Below are positions 58,658 through 64,000 of a DNA stretch of 64,000 bases, one piece after another. How positions within the stretch are numbered: position 1 is the stretch's first letter; every line of letters begins with the position of its first letter. The stretch is from Acidobacteriota bacterium (GTDB lineage Bacteria; Acidobacteriota; UBA6911; RPQK01; JAJDTT01). A program made the translations under genes and the position numbers. The stretch covers positions 1,120,001 through 1,184,000 of the forward strand of contig OZ253580.1 of assembly GCA_965263035.1 (NCBI GenBank). The letters are read 5' to 3'. Below the pieces are notes generated by a model. That model was not told the origin of the DNA. It ran no database searches and saw nothing but the letters and a program-made list of their open reading frames with translations.

Positions 58658-61420
58658 CTACGACCTCAACCTTCTGGCTGCCCGGGCGCCTTCCTCTTCG
58701 CGGCGCTGGCGGCGCACAAAGATGAGCACGCCCAGGACAAACACGGGAACCGGAGGAAGCAGAACAGCGTAGGTCCGAATGTTGCCCTGGATCTTCCGGA
58801 TCTGACTTTCCATGTTCTCCTTGCTGGCGCTGATTTTGGATTCTTTTTCCGCCTCGATGTTGGCCTTCAGGACCTCGAAGCGGCGGTTCTCCACTTCCTG
58901 GAGATTCTGGGCCATGATCTGCTTGGCCTGAGCGTCCAGGTCCCGGCGCTGGCGGACCTCGTCGACTTTTTCCTGCAATCGTTCCTGCGCCTGCTTGAGG
59001 GCCTTCTCGGCCACCCCCTCGGCTTCCTCCTCGTCCTTGACCCGCTGCTCGATGAAGCTGCGAGTCTGCGCTTCGACCCGCTCCAGAGTCCGGTGGCGGA
59101 CACGCTTGTTGCGGAGGGCCACGAAGGACTCGTCACCCATGAGAACGTCCATGCAGTTCAAGAAGAAGGTCACGTTGTCGAAGTTGAGGGTCTCGGGGCC
59201 TTGCGCCCGGATCTGGAAGAACTGCTGGGATATGAAGTCCAGGTCCGCCACCACCACGGCGTTGATCTTTTCGGGCTCGTCCTGCTTCCCTTCCGCCGCC
59301 CCCGCATCCTGGGCAACCTCGCCCTCGCCTTCCGAAACCTCTTGCGAGTCCACCTCAGCGCCGGTTTCGGATTCCTCCTTCACCGTCTCCAGGTCCTTGC
59401 TCCGGACGTGCGCGGCCAGGATGTAGTCCCGGTCATCCGGCCGATGAGGAAGCTTGCGGGCCAGCTGGACGCCGAAAAAGTTTCGTTGAACCATCCGGGA
59501 GTAGTTCTGGACCGCCGAAGCCTGTCCGGAGCGAATCAGGGGATGGAATTCCAGGTCGGAGCCGGACTCCTGCTTCAGGTGTCCGGGGAACAGGAAGACC
59601 AACTCCTGGAGCGCCACGCTGGCGGCGTGTTCCCGGTTGAAGGCCCGGTCGTTGTCGTTCCCTACCCCGATGAAAACCACTTCCTCCGGCAGGTGGGCCA
59701 GATCCGGGTGGGGGTTGTAGCTGTCCCAGACGATCCCGGCCTTGTCCCAGCGCACGCCGATCCTGGCCAGTAGCGTCAGGATGTCTCCCTTGGGTTTGGG
59801 GGGCGGACCCTGCTGGCGCTGAAAGGGGTTGGTGTTGGCACCGGCTCGCTCCGAAGGGGCGAGGCCGATATTGAAAATGGGCAGGGGATCCACCAGGAGG
59901 AGCGTCGGGTGCCCCTTCCGGACATATTCCAGCAGGTTGTCCAGCTCCGGCTGCGGCAGAGAGGAGGGCAGGGCCGCGAAGAGACCGTCCAACTCCTGCC
60001 GGATGGGAGCGGTCGCCGAAACCTGCACCACGTCGTACTGCTTCCTCAACTCCGCCACCACCGGCCAGGACGGGTTGCTCCGCATACTCTGGAAATCGAA
60101 CCCTCCGAAGAGCTTGGCTTCGGTGCCCAGGATGCCGACTTTCTTCCGCTCCGTCTTGGCCACGACCCGAACGCTGCGAGTGATCTCGTACTCGATGGGC
60201 AAGCCCCTCTCCATAAAAGGGATCACCTGCTCCTCGGCGCCGCAGGTGAAGGCCACGCCCAGGAACACGTCAGTGAAGCCCGCGCGGGCGCTGCCCAGAT
60301 GGGGCACCTGCCTGGGAGTGATTCCGAACTTCTCGCGGGCATCCCGAGCCGCCTGGGTGAAAGGCTCCGTATCCTCGATCAGAACCTGCACCCGCGAGCC
60401 ACCCACCGACTCGATCTCTCCCAGCACACCCAGTAGATTGGCCCGAGTCTGCACCAATCGCTCCGGGACTTCCGGGCTCACGTAGGCCTGGATGAAGACC
60501 GGTCGTTCTTCGGACAACTCGGAAATCAGGGAAACCGTCTGGCCGCTCAGTGAGTGGAGTCCCTCGGCGGTGGCGTCGACCCGGACGCCCGCTCGGCCCA
60601 GAATCACGTTGAGGCCGATCACGGCCAGAACCAAGCCGACCGTGCGCATCGTATGGTGGATCCACATGGGCCGCCCATCGGCCTCTCGGGGCCAGTGACG
60701 TTTATCCACCAGGAGCACGTTGAGGTAGAGCATCAGTCCGGCAATGGAGAGGAAATAGACCAGTCCGGAGAAGCTCATGACGCCGCGGGCAAAGTCGTCG
60801 AAGTGGCGGTAGACCCCAAGGGGGGCCGCCAGCTCTCCCAGACCGGCTCCGAAGGAGCCCATCAGCTCGATGAGAACGAAGAAGGCGCAGAAAACGGCTC
60901 CCGCGATGAAGGCGATGGTGGCGTTGGCCGTGAGCAGCGAGGCCAGCATCCCCACGGCGATCAACGCGCCTCCCAGAAGCCAATAGCCCACATAGTTGCT
61001 GAACATGAGTCCCAGGTCGGGACTGCCCAGCCAGCTCAGGACCAGGACGTGGCTCAAGGAGAGCACCAACGACGCGGTGTAGATGCCCAGGGTGGCCAGG
61101 TATTTTCCGATCACGATCTCAAGACTGGTGGCGGGCAGGGTGAAGAGGAGTTCGTCGGTGCCCTGCTTCCTCTCGTCGGACCAGACCGACATGGTCAATG
61201 CTGGAATGAAGAAAAGGAGCAGATAGGGAAACATGTAGTTGAGTTGGTCCAAGTTCGCCAGATTGTCCAGAAAGAAACGATCCTGCCAGAAAGCGGCGGC
61301 GGTGCTCAGAAGGATGAACAGGGTGATGAAGACATAGCCGGTGGGACTCGTGAAGTACTTCCACAGATCCCTCTTCACCAGCGCCAGGACAAAAGTGGTA
61401 TTGATCTCGAGTAGCTTCAC
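58658..61420 (-). CDS. GldF-GldG-type ABC permease/auxiliary fusion protein
   Basis: YFTSPTGY, WSDERKQGTDELLFTLP (ABC-2 permease); DATAEGLHSLS, EYEITR, VADLDFIS (GldG). Confidence 0.88.
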   Translation of the reverse strand: MKLLEINTTFVLALVKRDLWKYFTSPTGYVFITLFILLSTAAAFWQDRFFLDNLANLDQLNYMFPYLLLFFIPALTMSVWSDERKQGTDELLFTLPATSLEIVIGKYLATLGIYTASLVLSLSHVLVLSWLGSPDLGLMFSNYVGYWLLGGALIAVGMLASLLTANATIAFIAGAVFCAFFVLIELMGSFGAGLGELAAPLGVYRHFDDFARGVMSFSGLVYFLSIAGLMLYLNVLLVDKRHWPREADGRPMWIHHTMRTVGLVLAVIGLNVILGRAGVRVDATAEGLHSLSGQTVSLISELSEERPVFIQAYVSPEVPERLVQTRANLLGVLGEIESVGGSRVQVLIEDTEPFTQAARDAREKFGITPRQVPHLGSARAGFTDVFLGVAFTCGAEEQVIPFMERGLPIEYEITRSVRVVAKTERKKVGILGTEAKLFGGFDFQSMRSNPSWPVVAELRKQYDVVQVSATAPIRQELDGLFAALPSSLPQPELDNLLEYVRKGHPTLLLVDPLPIFNIGLAPSERAGANTNPFQRQQGPPPKPKGDILTLLARIGVRWDKAGIVWDSYNPHPDLAHLPEEVVFIGVGNDNDRAFNREHAASVALQELVFLFPGHLKQESGSDLEFHPLIRSGQASAVQNYSRMVQRNFFGVQLARKLPHRPDDRDYILAAHVRSKDLETVKEESETGAEVDSQEVSEGEGEVAQDAGAAEGKQDEPEKINAVVVADLDFISQQFFQIRAQGPETLNFDNVTFFLNCMDVLMGDESFVALRNKRVRHRTLERVEAQTRSFIEQRVKDEEEAEGVAEKALKQAQERLQEKVDEVRQRRDLDAQAKQIMAQNLQEVENRRFEVLKANIEAEKESKISASKENMESQIRKIQGNIRTYAVLLPPVPVFVLGVLIFVRRQRREEEGARAARRLRS

Positions 61421-62232
61421 TCTCCACCTCCCGATTCGGACGCTTCCACAGCTGCGGCCTCCTCATCGGCCGGTCCGGCTGCAGCCGGGACCGCATTCTC
61501 TTCAACGCGAGCCTGAGTCATACGGTAGAAGGATCCCTCCAGAGAGCCGTCCTCCATCAGCTCTGCGGGACTGCCGTCGAAGATCATTCGTCCGTTGTGG
61601 ACGAAAAGAACCCGGTCGGCGACGGCGTCCACCTCCTGCAGAATGTGAGTCGAAATGAGTATCGTCTTTCGTTTGCCCAGTTCCTGGATGCTGGACCGGA
61701 ATTCCCGGATCTGGTTCGGGTCCAATCCGGCGGTGGGCTCGTCCATGATGAGGACGTCGGGGTCGTGGAGCATGGCCTGAGCCAGCCCCACCCGCTGGCG
61801 GTATCCACGGGAGAGCTTGCCGATGGGTTTCTCCAGAACGTCCTCCAGAGCGAACTGCCGGGTGACGGATTCCATTCGCTCCTCCAGTTCTTCACCGGCC
61901 AGGCCGCGGGCCTCTCCAAAGAACCTGAGAAGCTCCGAAGGAGTCATGTCCAGGTACAAAGGCCCGTTCTCGGGAAGATAACCCAGTATTCGAGAGGCCT
62001 CGATCCGACTCTCGTGAACGTTGAAACCGCCGATGAGGGCGGTGCCTTCGCTGGCGGCCAGATAACCGGTGAGAATCCTCATGGTGGTGGACTTGCCCGC
62101 GCCGTTAGGCCCCAGAAAGGCCACGATCTGACCTTCCGGGATGGAGAAACTGATCTCCTCGATGGCGACGAAGGGCCCGTAGTACTTGCTGAGCCCCTGG
62201 GCTTCGATCATGGTGCGGGGAGAGCTTTCCAT
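61417..62232 (-). CDS. ABC transporter ATP-binding protein (GldA-like)
   Basis: GPNGAGKS, LSRGYRQRVGLAQ, DEPTAGLDPNQI. Confidence 0.95.
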   Translation of the reverse strand: MESSPRTMIEAQGLSKYYGPFVAIEEISFSIPEGQIVAFLGPNGAGKSTTMRILTGYLAASEGTALIGGFNVHESRIEASRILGYLPENGPLYLDMTPSELLRFFGEARGLAGEELEERMESVTRQFALEDVLEKPIGKLSRGYRQRVGLAQAMLHDPDVLIMDEPTAGLDPNQIREFRSSIQELGKRKTILISTHILQEVDAVADRVLFVHNGRMIFDGSPAELMEDGSLEGSFYRMTQARVEENAVPAAAGPADEEAAAVEASESGGGE

Positions 62233-62655
62233 GTTCTCCTTCCTCGTTGGTCCATTTCGGGGGACACGGACCGATCAATCTCGGTAAACGACTGGCCATA
62301 CGTCCGGGGTGAGTTTGGGTTCACTTGCCAGCAACCAGCCTACTCGCGCAACTTGCAGCGGGGAAGTGTCCCGCAAGAAAGGATATTCTAGCATCAGTTC
62401 GTCGGAATCTGCCAATTGCAGTGTCGTCAGCCAGGTGACGTGTCCGGTCTTCAGAGTAGATGATCCGGCCGACAGAGGAGGCGTGAGGTGCGGATGAGCT
62501 GTTTTCCCATTCATGGAGAACGAAGGGATTTTGCCGGGCTGCAGCCGGGTGAAGCTGCCAGCGGCTGAGACCGGCGTAGGCCCCCCTGGGGAAATCGGAC
62601 TCCTCCGCTATAGTTATTGAGTCCCTTACCGAGAATCCCAACGGGGAGGAAGAAC

Positions 62656-64000
62656 ATGCTGAAAACTCTCGTGACGGTCGGTGTCGCTCTCCTGGCCTTG
62701 GCGTGCGATGCCACGGATATCATCACCTCCGGAGTCCGGGTCGACGATCAGAGCGAAGCGGGGCAAGGAACCAGACCGCAACTCGGTGTCATCAGCTTTC
62801 CCAACAGCGGTGATGCCGCCGCCCAGGAGCCATTCTTGCGAGGCATGCTGCTCTTGCACAGCTTCGAATACGACGACGCAGCGGCGGCGTTTCGCGACGC
62901 TCAGGCCGCTGATTCTTCCTTCGCCCTGTCCTACTGGGGAGAGGCGCTCACGCACTATCGGCCGGTCTGGGGCCGCGAGAACCTGGAGGACGGCCGCACG
63001 GCCATCGAAAAGGCTCCCGCCGACGCGTCGGTCACCTCCAGGGAGCAAGCATACATGGACGCTGCCACGATCTTGTTTGGCGATGGTGAGCAAGCTCGAC
63101 GCTGGAAACGATACTCCGAAGCGATGGAGCAGGTCTCGAGAGAACATCCACAGGATCTTGAAGCCGCCAGCCTTTACGCCGTCTCGAGGTTCGGCGTGAC
63201 GGGCGGGGAGCGCGACCATCGGACGTACATGAAGATCGCCTCGATCAGCGGCGGAGTCTTTCGCAGGAACCCCGATCATCCCGGAGCGCTGCACTACCTG
63301 ATCCACGCCTTCGACGATCCGGTCCACGCACCTCTCGGTCTGCCCTACGCCCGCCTCTATTCGAAGGTCGCGTCGACGGCTCCCCACGCTCAGCACATGC
63401 CATCCCACATCTTCCTGGCCCTTGGCATGTGGGACGAGTGCATCTCGTCGAACGTCGACTCGTGGAATTCGTCTGAGGACCGCGTCGCCCGGCTGAGCTT
63501 GGGAAGCGACGATCGAGGCTATCATGCCCTTTGGTGGATGCAATACGCGTATTTGCAAAAAGGGATGCTGACCAAAGCCCGGGAGAATTTGTCCATCGTC
63601 GAGCAAGATGCCGCCGGATCGGACTCGAGCCACGCTCGCAATCACCAAGCCTATCTGCGAGCACACTTGCTCGTAGACGGGGAACAATGGACCGCTGACC
63701 TGCGGTCCGTCGACGACGATGACCTGTCCCCGAGGGCCTGGGGCGCGAACGCGCTCGTCGAGGGTATTCGCGCGCTCAAAACCGGAGACGTCTCGGGCGC
63801 CCGCAAATGGGCGGCGAGGCTTCGAGCCAAAGCGGACTCCAAAGGCGATGAAGAGACCTCACTGCCAATTGCCGCGCTGGAACTCGAAGGCCTGTTGCAG
63901 TTCGAAGACGGCGAGCCCGACGCCGCCGTCGCGACCCTCCGCAAAGCGGTTCGGCTCGAAGAGCAGACTCCGTTCGGTTACGGACCGCCATTTCCGCCCA
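62656..64000 (+). CDS. TPR-like lipoprotein (runs off window)
   Basis: Manual translation after RBS GGAGG: MLKTLVTVGVALLALAC...FPNSG..AAQEPFLRGMLLLHSFEY...HPGALHYLIHAFD...HAQHMPSHIF. Confidence 0.8.
   Translation, partial: MLKTLVTVGVALLALACDATDIITSGVRVDDQSEAGQGTRPQLGVISFPNSGDAAAQEPFLRGMLLLHSFEYDDAAAAFRDAQAADSSFALSYWGEALTHYRPVWGRENLEDGRTAIEKAPADASVTSREQAYMDAATILFGDGEQARRWKRYSEAMEQVSREHPQDLEAASLYAVSRFGVTGGERDHRTYMKIASISGGVFRRNPDHPGALHYLIHAFDDPVHAPLGLPYARLYSKVASTAPHAQHMPSHIFLALGMWDECISSNVDSWNSSEDRVARLSLGSDDRGYHALWWMQYAYLQKGMLTKARENLSIVEQDAAGSDSSHARNHQAYLRAHLLVDGEQWTADLRSVDDDDLSPRAWGANALVEGIRALKTGDVSGARKWAARLRAKADSKGDEETSLPIAALELEGLLQFEDGEPDAAVATLRKAVRLEEQTPFGYGPPFPP

Noticed and set aside
62240-62650. 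410-bp divergent intergenic region as ncRNA or small ORF
   Set aside because: No recognisable motif, repeat or convincing structure
1-64000. CRISPR arrays, tRNA or rRNA genes
   Set aside because: No regularly spaced repeats, cloverleaf-like or rRNA-like sequence seen

Overview
GC-rich bacterial chromosome segment. Gene order and content suggest Acidobacteriota, possibly a host-associated lineage; this is inference. The backbone is housekeeping: glyS-glyQ-recO-mgtE-pssA-psd, ddl, phoH-rpsT-holA-lptE-leuS-dcd, HU, mutM, malate synthase, a TetR-OMF-MFP-RND efflux operon, vapBC and a Gld-like ABC system. Superimposed on it is a rich mobilome that can be read directly from the sequence. (1) An IS1182 element (5838-9094, 15-bp TIRs, CTAG duplication) contains an IS110 bridge-recombinase element (5870-7345). 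The bridge-RNA target and donor guides, CT cores and circle-junction promoter can all be decoded, and the right end holds a second ~250-nt structured region. (2) An ORF-less 630-nt group IIC intron (31210-31839) sits inside a REP/REPIN hairpin, with matching EBS1/IBS1. (3) Two ~160-bp MITE families are present, with 4 and 3 copies. (4) A ~9.45-kb island splits the efflux operon. It carries a Rieske oxygenase, a decaying second RND system and a GPP34/GOLPH3-cytochrome P450 fusion. Several genes are eroded by internal deletions.
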